In this document: in pieces, positions 51,327 through 64,000 of the stretch
Position numbering within the stretch: position 1 is the first letter of the stretch
How the letters are laid out: the number at the start of each line of letters is the position of its first letter
Assembly (NCBI RefSeq): GCF_964194025.1
Contig: NC_134481.1
Span: 31,062,001-31,126,000 of the forward strand
DNA from: Convolutriloba macropyga
Taxonomy: Eukaryota
DNA: 64,000 bases
Direction: 5' to 3'
Notes under the pieces: generated by a model
The model's input: the letters and a program-made list of their open reading frames with translations, nothing else
Databases searched by the model: none
Told to the model about the DNA's origin: nothing
Position numbers and translations under genes: made by a program

Positions 51327-51808
51327 AATTTTTAACTGGGACCGTAAAACTCGCGGGATAGATCCGGAATAGTTATTAGACAGCTGCAAACATGCATATA
51401 GATGAAAATTAAAACACGCCCATGAACCTGTAAAAAAACGCAAAAAAAATTTGAATCAAAAATTAATAGACTCATGAAAACGTGTAAAAAAACGTAAAAT
51501 GTAGTGGCAAACTGAAAAGATTTGTCACAAAAAAATGTACATATAAAACAGACGCAGAATTGAGCTTTAAACCGGTAATTAGACAAAAAATATCGAATGA
51601 ACTCAATTTAACAAATTCATTTGTCGAATGCAAAAGAGAATCACTCATAAAATTAGATTTGGCAAGAAAACTAATCATTTCACATGGGTTTTTTTAACCG
51701 AAATTTCCCCTTGAAAATTTTTATCTGGCTATGGACAAACAAGAACAGTTATGCAATTGCTACAGGCAAAACCTTCATTTTATAGATGCAAAAGTTTACG
51801 GATGTAGC

Positions 51809-54419
51809 GCGGCAACAATCAAAAGTCTCAGTTGATGGTAATTCCATTTTCCTTTATTTTAAAATGAAACCAAGGTATATTTCACAGAAATTATTTTGGT
51901 CAAATAGCATAAACTGATGTTAAATGAATGATGCTTGAATACAATTAAAGTCCTGAAAAACCATGAAAAAGAAGTGGGGCGACTATTAAGAATATCAAAT
52001 GATGGTAATTTCATTTTCAATTATAATGCATTGAAACGTAGGGATTTTTCTCAAATTATTTCAATGAAAAAATCAGTAAAATTATCTCAAAACAATGATG
52101 CTTGAATACAGTTAAAAGCCTGAAAAACCATGATGTTCGTACGATATGGTATATTACTAACATGTAATCCACGTTTGATCTCTTAATTGCTATCAGTTAT
52201 TAAAGCTTTAAACCTGTTTTACAGGCTCAAAAAAGCACATTTAATAGGCTTAACTGCGGATTGCAGACAGATTTAGTGCGAAAATTAGATACATTCGGTG
52301 CGAAAACGAGTTACCTTGCGTGCAAAAACTAGATACATAATTAGAACAGATTTGTGATACATAGCGCGCAAAAATTAGGATACACAGCTTGTATCTCAAT
52401 TTCGCGGATAAAATTTGGATAATTTTGCAAACACGGGTTGCGCAGTTCCCTTCAGTTTTGCCTGTTTTTGCTAAATTTTCTTTTTTTTGCAATGTTGTTG
52501 CTTTTTCAATGTAATAACATACGAAAAGCGAACAAGAGATACAGAGATCGGGCAAATTTGACCGTGACGATTTGGGTATACTTCTGCGGCAATATGCTTC
52601 TTTCAATGCAGATTTGACAGGTCGTTAATGTGATAATGTGACAAGAAACCGAAAATGAACTTCAAATACAAATAAGCATCTATACAATAATAAATTTATT
52701 ATTAAAGACCAATGGTTAAAACATAAAACTGTTTAATTGAATTAATTATATTTTATTTCATTCGTTCGAGGACGGGACGTTGAATTAATGAGATTAAACT
52801 ACCAATTGAGAGTAGTAAGATTAACGATTTTTAAGTTCAAAATTGTCTGATAGTTTTTGAAACTTGCAGATATATTTTTGTCCTTAAATCGTCAAGCAAA
52901 TTCACAAATGAAACCCATAAGCCTTGTTGGGTCAACGCCAATTTCTCTTTTGGGTCATAAATCGAAACCTTACGGACATTTTCCAAAATTTTAAAAAGAG
53001 AATATTAATTACTAAATAAATGAACATACAGAATGTGCTTATTTAGGGAGTCTTTTTAGTTTTGTTTTTGAGAATTCATTTCTCTTTCCCGAAGTTTTCG
53101 AGCTCTATATCTGCGGCAACAATCAAAAGTCTCAGTTGATGGTAATTCCATTTTCCTTTATTTTAGAATGAAACCAAGGTATATTTCACAGAAATTATTT
53201 TGGTCAAATAGCATAAACTGATGTTAAATGAATGATGCTTGAATACAATTAAAGTCCTGAAAAACCATGAAAAAGAAGTGGGGCGACTATTAAGAATATC
53301 AAATGATGGTAATTTCATTTTCAATTATAATGCATTGAAACGTAGGGATTTTTCTCAAATTATTTCAATGAAAAAATCAGTAAAATTATCTCAAAACAAT
53401 GATGCTTGAATACAGTTAAAAGCCTGAAAAACCATGATGTTCGTACGAAATGGTATATTACTAACATGTAATCCACGTTTGATCTCTTAATTGCTATCAG
53501 TTATTAAAGCTTTAAACCTGTTTTACAGGCTCAAAAAAGCACATTTAATAGGCTTAACTGCGGATTGCAGATAGATTTAGTGCGAAAATTAGATACATTC
53601 GGTGCGAAAACGAGTTACCTTGCGTGCAAAAACTAGATACATAATTAGAACAGATTTGTGATACATAGCGCGCAAAAATTAGGATACACAGCTTGTATCT
53701 CAATTTCGCGGATAAAATTTGGATAATTTTGCAAACACGGGTTGCGCAGTTCCCTTCAGTTTTGCCTGTTTTTGCTAAATTTTCTTTTTTTTTGCAATGT
53801 TGTTGCTTTTTCAATGTAATAACATACGAAAAGCGAACAAGAGATACAGAGATCGGGCAAATTTGCCCGTGACGATTTGGGTATACTTCTGCGGCAATAT
53901 GCTTCTTTCAATGCAGATTTGACAGGTCGTTAATGTGATAATGTGACAAGAAACCGAAAATGAACTTCAAATACAAATAAGCATCTATACAATAATAAAT
54001 TTATTATTAAAGACCAATGGTTAAAACATAAAACTGTTTAATTGAATTAATTATATTTTATTTCATTCGTTCGAGGACGGGACGTTGAATTAATGAGATT
54101 AAACTACCAATTGAGAGTAGTAAGATTAACGATTTTTAAGTTCAAAATTGTCTGATAGTTTTTGAAACTTGCAGATATATTTTTGTCCTTAAATCGTCAA
54201 GCAAATTCACAAATGAAACCCATAAGCCTTGTTGGGTCAACGCCAATTTCTCTTTTGGGTCATAAATCGAAACCTTACGGACATTTTCCAAAATTTTAAA
54301 AAGAGAATATTAATTACTAAATAAATGAACATACAGAATGTGCTTATTTAGGGAGTCTTTTTAGTTTTGTTTTTGAGAATTCATTTCTCTTTCCCGAAGT
54401 TTTCGAGCTCTATATCTGC
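51809..54419. repeat. Head-to-tail tandem duplication, about 1305-bp unit (51809-53114, 53113-54419)
   Basis: Copies differ by about 4 substitutions and 1 indel; 2-bp GC junction microhomology; includes the last codons and stop of the oxidoreductase. Confidence 0.95.
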
Positions 54420-55683
54420 TCGATATTGGAGCAAACCACAGGATTTTTGAAATAAAACCTGTGATACTCAAGACCCATGGGATAATTTTATCTCTTCTGA
54501 TCAATTCGCCAATGTTATGAATCGTGTTGATAAATAAGTTATGAATTGTGTTTGCAGTTTTGCCGCGTGTCATCAAGCTATAATTTAATATTATTATGCC
54601 GTCGTTTGGACCAGATGGAATTATCTGCATCACTTCTGGATATTTTGGAATTGCCTGAAGTCGCGATTTGCCGTGAACAAGTTTGCATAAATTGTTGAAC
54701 AAAGTATCTCCAAATTGGATCACAGCAGGGATGCCTTTTTCTTCGTTTAAACCTGTGTTACAACAATCACCAAACGCAAAAACGTTTTGAAAGTTCTCAA
54801 CTTGCATAAATTTGTTCACTTTAACACCGCCTTTGCTGTCGAGTGAATCTTTAAACTGCTCATTTTGCAGAAAACTCGAACCCGGTTTTGTAATTTCGGG
54901 CAAAAATAGAGTTGTTTCTTCGTCTAAATTGACCTTGTGTTTTAGGTCATTGACCTCTGACCGCAAGTGAACTTCAACTTTTGACCTCGCAAGTGATTCT
55001 AACATATATTGTCCTGCGTTTTCAGGCAAACGATCTAAAAGTTGGGCACCCCGTGTAACTAAATGTACTTTTGAACCAGATTTAGTTAAATTTTGGTCAT
55101 TTTGAGTTTTGGAAAATTGACATGATATTTCTCCAGCTAGCTCAACGCCTACAGCACCACCACCTAACACAACAACGCTTTCCGATTCCACAATTTTGTT
55201 GTTCCAATTCAGTAATTCTTCTTTTCGCTGTTCCCACTTTCGAAAATCGCTCTTAATCGGGTTTCCGTACTGAACGCCGCTGCAAATAACCAAAAAATTG
55301 TAATCCATAATTTGGGATTCACCTGAAAAATTTTGGAAATGAATTTGACCGCCTTTGTCGTAGCCAGAGCTAACAACGTTAGTGACCTCCGCGTGAACGA
55401 ATTCCATATTTTTAGATTCCAATTCATGCTTTTGGAAATATTCGCCAGTTTTCCATAAATAGAAGTCGGTTTCATCCGGTTGTGTTATGTAGACTTTAAG
55501 ATCTTGGAACCATTCAATGTAATCATTTTTGTCAATAAATGTGATTTTGGAAAAATTTTTCCATTCTTTGGTTGAGAGTAACCGTCGTATAATGTACATG
55601 CCTCCGATGTTGCAGCCAATAACAATTAAGTGGGGTTTGGAACCATTTTGTTGGTTCTGGTTATGGCTTGTGGTAGAACCCAT
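54361..55683 (-). CDS. Intronless AIFM2/FSP1(AMID)-like pyridine nucleotide-disulfide oxidoreductase, 440 aa
   Basis: MGSTTS myristoylation-type start; FAD fold LIVIGCNIGG...ITFID; YNFLVICSG; NAD(P)H fold VVVLGGGAVGVELAGE; NVFAFGDC. Confidence 0.88.
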   Translation of the reverse strand: MGSTTSHNQNQQNGSKPHLIVIGCNIGGMYIIRRLLSTKEWKNFSKITFIDKNDYIEWFQDLKVYITQPDETDFYLWKTGEYFQKHELESKNMEFVHAEVTNVVSSGYDKGGQIHFQNFSGESQIMDYNFLVICSGVQYGNPIKSDFRKWEQRKEELLNWNNKIVESESVVVLGGGAVGVELAGEISCQFSKTQNDQNLTKSGSKVHLVTRGAQLLDRLPENAGQYMLESLARSKVEVHLRSEVNDLKHKVNLDEETTLFLPEITKPGSSFLQNEQFKDSLDSKGGVKVNKFMQVENFQNVFAFGDCCNTGLNEEKGIPAVIQFGDTLFNNLCKLVHGKSRLQAIPKYPEVMQIIPSGPNDGIIILNYSLMTRGKTANTIHNLFINTIHNIGELIRRDKIIPWVLSITGFISKILWFAPISSRYRARKLREREMNSQKQN

Positions 55684-57121
55684 TACGTTTAAATCAATTA
55701 AAGATTTTAATTCAGTTCAAATATGTAAGGTTTATTATGGTTTGTGAATTATTGACAAAGTTGTTTGTGAACAAAAGTGACGAGAATTGCTATACTGAAT
55801 AGTATACGACGTTTCATAACGTTGATAAAACAGATAGTCACTTTGCGTGTTAAATCATGCTACTTGCCAACGTACAATATAGTGAATAAAATTGGTCAAA
55901 TGAATCATTTTGACTTTTCTGTTTGCCTTTTAGCTGCAAAAAGCTATTCTTTAACGATAAGCGAGAAAAAGCTTTAAAATTTAAAGATGAGCGAGAAAGA
56001 GCTAAAAGTTACCAATTGAAAACTGAAAAAGTATTGACTGAAAATAGTATTGATTTAATAGGTTGAAAGGAATATTAGAACCGCTCAGTGGTATTGGATC
56101 ACCATAAATAATCATTTATTGTATGAAAACCTTACATCAGGTGTTTTAGCAAATAATACAGACGGCCGATAACTGATTACAATAAGATAGATACTGCGGC
56201 TGTAAATTAAGAAAAGCGTAAGATAAAAGCGCCAATATTGTTATGCTAGCAAAATATGAAAATTTCAACGAATTTGCCGCAATCAACACAATTACTTTCA
56301 TGTGTAATTTCAACAAATTTGTCCCAAGTGTTATCATAAAAACAATGAGTAAAACTGTAACGTCAATAGTGCAATCAATGCTGAAAGGATTGATTCATGC
56401 ACCTAACCACGATTAATGCAAATTTCAAGCTAAGTTCAGGGCACCCGGACCCTGGTGCCATAGTATATCAGTGCTGAAACGTTGTAATCCAATTGTATAT
56501 CGTCGGCCCAGTTCTGTATCAGTGTGTCCTAAGAGTATTTTCTTACTCATGATGTGCAGTATAAATCACATAGATACTTTTTATTCTGAAAATAGACTGA
56601 ATATTCTTGGCTTTGATTCCCATGATGTTCATAGCAAAAATTGTAAAAATTTCGGAAAAAATTGAAATTTTGGGCGAAGCAATTTTTGAGCATGACTTAC
56701 AGTCTTAAAACGTTGCAAGAAACGTATTTATATCAGCGAAAAAAATCACCGAAACCAGTAAATACACGCCGGAAGCCGAAAATACACGTCGAGTGCCTGG
56801 AACCTGACAAATTTGGACCGAAACTGCAGACTTTCGTGGTTTCTGCTTCAGATTGTAATGGAATTTTGTAGGAATGTCTTAGTTTTAGCTCAACGAAAAC
56901 GGATACAGTTTTGGACCGACGACATATAGTTGGAATGCAATGTTGCAGTACGGATTTACTACGGCACAAGGGCTCCGGGAAGACGTATACCAGCTTGATG
57001 TCAGGGGTAACTTGATGCAGTCAGTACAAGGGGTATTGAATTGTTGTATTAAAAAAAAACGGGGGAGGGGGGAGTAGTTGAATCAGAGGAGGGAGGGGGC
57101 TGGTTAGCTAGGTTAGTTAAC

Positions 57122-57200
57122 GATGCTACTATCGGATGATGCTACTATCAGATTATGCGACTACCAGATGATGCTGCTATCAGATGCTACTATCAGATGC
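57122..57200. repeat. Short tandem repeat of about 13-16 bp (gatgctactatca)
   Basis: About five adjacent imperfect copies. Confidence 0.8.
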
Positions 57201-58149
57201 AACGAGTTGCTACAGTTACCGCATCATGTCAGAGGGCATGATAGTTACCAGAAAGAAACAGTAGTAGCAGAAAGAAGTCAATAGATTCATGCAAGAGGTC
57301 TTGACAACCAGCCAGATCAACAAACTCCAAATACTTCAAATTTTTAAATAAATTTATGCGTAATATTTTCAATAATCAAAAATTAACTATTATTCAGTTG
57401 GTTTCTTCCTCCAAGTAGAGTTAATTGGAGTTACTTTTTCTGTAACGATTTATTGTAGTAATTTAAGGGCTGTGATCAGAGAAAAAAGGCTAATAACAAT
57501 TCTGAACATTTTAAGCTAAGTTTAAGAATTTTTACACTGAACAGAATTCGTTTTACTTTTTTCATAGTAAAAAGTGACATGATCATAATATGTTCATCGT
57601 AAAAGTACTGACCGAAAAATACTTTGATTGAGCGCTGATTTATTGTCACTCTGATCCGGGCAGAAATCAATCCCAATTTTTGATTTTTATTACAATTGTT
57701 CATGTATATTTTGATTAAAGAAGTTGACAAGAATACTGTTGGTTTCTTGTAAACTTTTCACGCATTGCAAAATTTAAATGAGTAGGTTGAAAGCATTTTC
57801 TTACCATTTGGTATAAAATTGAGCAACGTTACAAATACTTTTTCTATATTGGCAACAGGGCCTGAGAAATGTAGGCATCTTTTGCACCAGATATTGAAAT
57901 CCTGTTTGAGAGGCATGGTTGTTTATGACTTACAATGTTATTAAATCAATGGTAGTGGCAAAAACAACTAGAACCAGATTTAGCGATTTTCTCAAAATAA
58001 AAATATTTCAATCTCTTATAACAAAGAAACACTTGTTAGGTTTACCTAATAGTTAAAAAATTTGCAATCCTCTGTCTATATTTAGTTGTAGACTGAATTA
58101 ACCGTATATAACGACAAAAGACAGAGTACCAATAATCAGGTAAACTCCC

Positions 58150-60040
58150 ATTATTGACAAATTATTAATTTCTCTTTATTATTTAGTTAAACAAAAAAAT
58201 CAATGATTATTTTTAACACCAAGGAAAAGAAATGAATCGAGAGAATGGTCGTTTTTTTAGTGAAAAGAGTTCTCTTAAGATTAAATAAGTGAAATTGGAA
58301 TTTTTCTATGGCAGCGATCTATGCTTGACATGAAAACATTAAAAATGAAGAGTTAAAAAAACGAGCTATCACTAGTAGCTGTTCATTTGGAAAAGGCAAC
58401 CGGCCAGTATACAAAGAAAACATCTACAAACATTTACTGTTTACGCTAAAAGGATTTTTCCGAAAATTTTTCAAAAAAATGAAATATGTTTAACTGATAT
58501 AAAAACTGAAGGAGAAAAAAAATGGGTAATTCATCATACAAACGTCTGCTGTTTTTGCGATGTCTTGAGCAGACACAATTTTCCAATTACAAGAGGCTGC
58601 ACAACATTTTCAGTCAACTTCGATTAGTACTCATAAGTTTGCTTAGTATCAAAGCTCTAGGGGCATTTTTCCTTTCGTTTCTGTTGAAAAGATTGTTATT
58701 GACTACGTCCAATTTTTCAGGACATAATGGTTGTTAGAAAACAAATTTGCAGAGGATCTCATTGTTTGCATGAATTTGACAGTTTTTTCGCATTCTCCGC
58801 AGAGAAAACTTTAGAATCTGTGAAAATTTTTGGTGTTCAACTCATGGATTCGTTTATAACAGTTTTGAACCACCGAAACTTGGAAAATTTTATCTAAGAA
58901 CAATACCTTAATACCTTTCTCCTTATATGGACACATTATTTTTTTCTGTATTGGTTAAAAAAGCCATAATTTTAAAAATTGTTATTAACACCAGGTAGAA
59001 GTCTTGAATGGTGAGAATGGTAACATTTTAGTGACAAGAGTACTCCTTAGATGAATTAAATGACGTTGAAATTGTTGTATGGCAAGGTTGTATGCTTGAC
59101 TTGAAATTATTAAAAACGGAAAGTTAAAAAATGACCTAACACTAGTAGCTGGTTATTTGAAAAAAGCATCCAATAAATATGCAAAAAAACTTTAAAAACA
59201 GATTTATGTTTACGCTACAAGCATTTTTCCGCAAATTTTTCAGCAAAAATTGAATTAAGTTCAACTGATATAAAAGACGAATGAGAAAAAATAACGGGCA
59301 ATTCCTCATGCACAAGTCTGTTGCTTTTGCGATGTCTTGAGGAGACTCGGTTTTCCAATTACAAGAGGCTGCACAACAATTTAAGTCCACTACGCTTAGT
59401 ACTCATAAGTTTGCATAGTACCAAAACTCTACGGGCATTTTTGATTTTGTTTCTGTTGATAAGATTGTTTCTGACTATGTCCAATTTTTCAGGACAAAAT
59501 AGTTGTTAGAAAACGACAATTTGCATTCTCCGCAGAGAAAACTTTAGGATCTGTGAAAATTTTTGGTGTTCAACTCATGGATTCATTTATTACAGTTTTA
59601 AACCACCGAAACTTGGAAAATTTTATCTAAGAACAATACCTTAATACTTTTCTCCTTTTATTGACACATTAATATTTTTTCTTTATTAGTTAAAAAAGCC
59701 ATACTTTCAAAGGTTATTTTAACACCAAGGAGAAGTCTTGAATAGTGAGAACGGCCACTCTTTTAGTGACCAGAGTTCTCCTTAGAATAGTTAAATGACA
59801 TTGAAATCGTTGTATGACAGTGTTGTATGCTTGACATGAAATTATTAAAATTGAAGAGTTAAAAAAATGACCTAACACTAGTAGCTGGTTATTTGATAAA
59901 GGCAACCAATCAATATGCAAAAAAACCATTAAAAACAATTTATAATTTATGCCCTAAAGATTTTTTCCGCACGCTTTTCAACCAAAAATGAAATATGTTA
60001 AATTGATACAAAAACCGAAGAAAATAATGGATACTTCATC
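58150..60040. repeat. Diverged tandem array, unit about 730-775 bp, about 2.5 copies
   Basis: Anchor ttaacacca.g..gaa recurs at about 58213, 58986 and 59719, with colinear downstream blocks (actagtagctg, ttttccaattacaagaggctgcacaaca, gcattctccgcagagaaaacttt). Confidence 0.88.
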
Positions 60041-62094
60041 ATATACAAGATGTGATCAAAAACACGGAAAACTAAATTAGGTTGGTCGAAAACTTAAAAC
60101 TTTCCGAGATTGTTTTTGAGAAACTTTTCTTAGAATCGCATAGTCTCGTGCAGAAATATACGATTTTGCTTCTTTTTCAACAACTCTTTTGATGTCCAAA
60201 AAATGAATTCACTATCTAGTTTTAATAGTTTTTTTGTACGTTTTTTTTAGTTTGCAAATCAGCTGGTTGAACTTTACCAGTTGAACTTTCATTCGCTTTC
60301 TTGTGTTTAGCAAAAATCAAAAATCAGTGGGTAGGTGTATTGCTTTTCAAATAAAAAGTGGCAAGTTTAGATCGATGAAATAGATGCTATTTTAACATCT
60401 ACTCAAATTGTTGATGCTCTTATGACTCTTTTAAATTTTTAATAAAGAAATTTAATATCAATTCTGAAATTTTGTTGCTGATGTTTGTTTCAAAAAAGTT
60501 ATTCGGTTTTGCGGATCTTTTATTAGTTTGCAATTTTTACGCTACTGAAAAAAATAATCAGTTTAGAAACACTCATGAGGGCGGTTAACAGATCAGCTCA
60601 TAATGAGTATTTTATCATTTTTTATATGATTTAACCAACTGACATATCTCTTCATTTTTTCCATTGAGGACTTAAAAAATTTTTTGGAAACATGGAAACC
60701 GGAAAAATATTTTTTTTTTGAGAAAGACAAAGACTTGAACAACATTTTTGGTTTCCTGTACCGATCTCAAAGTCTAAATCAGTGCTATGCAAGTCTTATT
60801 GCAAGTCTTATATCGTTTTGAAGTACTGGGCGATAAATACAACTCTTAATACAAGTCTTACTAGTCTAACAAGTCTTGGCCAAGACTTGGGTAGCACTTG
60901 CAAGGTGATTCCCAAGTCAAAACCAACTTTTAAAAACTTTTAGATTGAAAATTTAGAATTTCAAAAGTTTTCGTAACATACCACGATTTCGAGGTTTAAT
61001 TTCACCCACTTTCACGCGGTCTTGAAAACTGATACCGGCTAGTACGAAATGATACCAAAGAATTCTGTGGGACACCATGAGGTCGCAATAGGTCATTTCA
61101 AGCAGATACGGGCCGTTTAAGGCCGTTTTTCGACCAGTTTTTAGCCGAATTAGCCCCAGAAAAAACAAAAATAGCAAACATATTTTTAACATTTTTTTCC
61201 AGCGATTTTTGACGTTTTTTTCCGGCTATTTCTGACCCAATTTTCTGCCGTTTTTAACCTAATCTTCGAATATTTTTGACTTTTTATTGTGCTTATTTTT
61301 TACGGCCAAGGCATGGATTTAGACTTGCCAAGTCTTGGCCAAGACTTGGGCTAAGACTTGCCAAGTTTTGGCAAATACTTTCACAAGACTGACAATTCTA
61401 AAAAATTTATGATCAAAACTCTGAAGCAGTACTTATGCCTAGACTTTTCATTAGACTTGCCCAGTACTGATATTGGCTTGGCGTTAAGTACGCGTTTCAA
61501 ACGGTAATTGATGCAGTAAGTTATTTTGATGTGATTGCATTAAGCACTTACTTAATTTTTGTTCTTAAATTAGTTGAAATGCTCAAATATCTGCTCAATA
61601 AAATTGATAAGTCCGCTTAAAAGTTAATACTAATCAGTTATTTTTTTCAGTTCTCTTGCTCATTTCTTACGCGTGTTTTGTCTAAAAATTGAGGACATAA
61701 CTGTTTCAATTATTTTTTGTTTTTCGGTTTTTGTTTTGTTTCTGGTTGCATCCAAATTATCATCATCAAAAATTTAAAAACTTTTGTGTTTTCATTTTCT
61801 TTAGAGTCATCGATGCGAAGAAGAAGATCGGGAAGACATAAAACCGTCTTTTGACAAAAAACACTGCTTTATTTTTGCCCGCTATGACAAGTTTCGAATA
61901 GAATATTCAGCAGCTTTTGCAGCCCAAACAAAAAAACAAAAAGCCTCCAAAAAATTGATATTTGTCCCCCAAAAAACCTTTTTTTGTTACTATAACACCT
62001 CGATTGATAAACCTTGACAATTTTTTTTTCAAAGCGGGTAAAGGCATTTTTCTCAGTTTTAAAGAAAAATCTGCGAAGAAAAACACAAAAAGCA

Positions 62095-62705
62095 GAGAAA
62101 TGTTCCTTAAATCAGAAAATTTCAAAAGACACAATTTAGTTTTCTGACTACATATCCCTTTGAATTGAGGCAAAACCTATTAAACCATTCTTCTGAATTG
62201 GGTTTCGATCAAACAAAAGCCACTTTTATCGATACATATCAGCATTATATAAATGAGAAGTGTCAGAAAAATTTTTGTTTGAATTCAGAAAATTCAAAAG
62301 CACAATTTAGTTTTCTGAATACATATCAGTTTCAATTGCGGAATGAACCATGAAACCACTCTTTTGAATTGACTTGTAATCAAACAGAAAGCTATTTCCA
62401 TCGGTTTATCAAATCAGTATCATATCAATAAGACATGTCAGAAAAAATTTTTTGAATTCAGAAAATTCAAAAAACACAATTTAGTTTTCTGACTACACAT
62501 CCGTTTCAATTGCGGAATAAACCATTTAACCATTCTCTTGAGTTAGTTTGTAATCAAACAGAAAGCTATTTCCATCGGTTTATCAAATCAGTATCATATC
62601 AATGAGAAATGTCCGAAAAAAACTTTTTGAATTCAGAAAATTCAAAAAACACAAGGTTTTTTCTGAATACATATTCATTTGAATTGCCGAATAAACCACT
62701 AAACA
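62095..62705. repeat. Satellite-like tandem repeat, about 174-bp unit, about 3.5 copies
   Basis: tcagaaaatt(t)caaaa..cacaa recurs at about 62112, 62285, 62458 and 62633. Confidence 0.88.
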
Positions 62706-64000
62706 AACCCCTGAAATACGTCATTGCCAGTCGGTTTGATAGTTGCACCTGCATAGGGAAGTAGATAGGCGCCACACCAAATATCAAAACTTTCCTTTGA
62801 CGAAAATAAATACCATTTTAATTTTTTTCGGAAAAAACTTCCAAAACTTGATTTTTTTGCAGAAGTCCTCGGTCTCAGACGTTGCCGTCTGTTAAATCCC
62901 TATATTTGTATTGGTTTCAGACGTTACCATCAGCAGAAGAGGAGTTTTCGAAGAAAACTGGTTCCAGTAGTCACCAGAAAATTTTATGTTTTTTTCCTAC
63001 TTTCAATTTTTTTGAAAGGCAGATCTCAGACATTATCTGTCGGAGAAAACTTTGGAAGTGTAGTACAGTCTATGCATATTAAGGACAACGAAGAAAGAGT
63101 GAAAAACACCAGATAAAGTCACACAGTTTTAAAGAAATCGAAAAAATTTTTGCAAAACCTGAAAAAAGACAAAACACCAAAGAGTTCTAAAGATTTCCAC
63201 AATATGACCCGTGTCTGCAATTTTTTAGCATTTAGTAGCCCTTATGCTCTTGTCTTTAGCTCTTGTTGCCTAAACGCATTGCTTTTCTACAAATTTCTTA
63301 TCTTTAGCCGTCACAACAACAATAAACTCCTAGAAAAAGAACAGGTTTCAAAGTTATAAATTCGCAAAAAACTGTGACAGGTATCTATTAATCATAGTGC
63401 TCGGTTAGGGCTGGGGAGCTAAAGAAAAGTTTCTTGGGTAGTTGTGTAAGTTTCTGATTGGTATTTTTTTCGTATTCGAGAGAAACAGACGAGTTTATTG
63501 AAGTTTTCAAGAAAAAGGAGTTTAATGTAACAATTATTTGAGTTCGGGTCTAATATTGGTTCAACTGCATAATTGTAGCAAAGCACAGTTTTCCTATCAA
63601 CCACAGTAGCCATACACACTTGTTCAAACAGTTAAAGCCAGCTATTTAAGCAAAACTTGTGTTAAATGAACAAAAAACAAGCAATTATTCAGGTCTTTTG
63701 AACGAAAAACGGTTAAAGCGCGCGAACGTTCGGAAAAGCTTTTAGGTTTTTTTAGTGCAAAAAGCCATATTTAGCAGACAAACCACATCCTAGGACAACA
63801 CTTTTGGGAAAAGTTGCGTCTATGGTCTTTTGAACAAAAAAAACTAGGATCATTAGCATTGAAACCTTAGACAACCTTTTTTAAATCAAAAATTTGCGTC
63901 GCTCCGGTTCTCAAAGCCATTTTTTCACCTTCAGTAACGAGATTATTCACCAACAGCATCAACAATCAGCTTCAACAAATCAGCAGCCACCAAGATGTCG

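Noticed and set aside
52250-53814. Duplicated ORFs of 118 and 86 aa
   Set aside because: By-products of the tandem duplication in the 3' flank; a frameshift between copies and no recognisable domain.
63930-64000. Possible plus-strand exon or gene start at the window edge (Gln-rich frame, ccaagATG)
   Set aside because: Truncated by the window; too little sequence to judge.

Overview
AT-rich, repeat-dense animal genomic DNA. (1) A large minus-strand spliced cadherin-repeat gene. I could join 17 exons between 47031 and 1613 in frame (about 911 codons, 8 complete extracellular cadherin repeats plus part of a ninth). The start and the transmembrane/cytoplasmic exons were not found. (2) A young BEL/Pao LTR retrotransposon (10012-16072, + strand, antisense in a cadherin intron), with 531/530-bp LTRs, a CTTTT target-site duplication, PBS, PPT and a gag-pol broken by one frameshift. 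Each LTR carries a tRNA-shaped Pol III cassette (A box, hairpin, B box, T-run) that starts exactly at the pol stop codon; this is the most unusual feature in the window. (3) An intronless AIFM2/FSP1-like FAD/NAD(P)H oxidoreductase (54361-55683, -) whose 3' end and downstream region are tandemly duplicated (1.3 kb). (4) Many MITEs (one with an 8-bp TSD and GGATC TIRs), a 390-bp near-perfect palindrome, decayed LINE fragments and tandem repeats. All coordinates were read by eye; ends of degenerate repeats are approximate.
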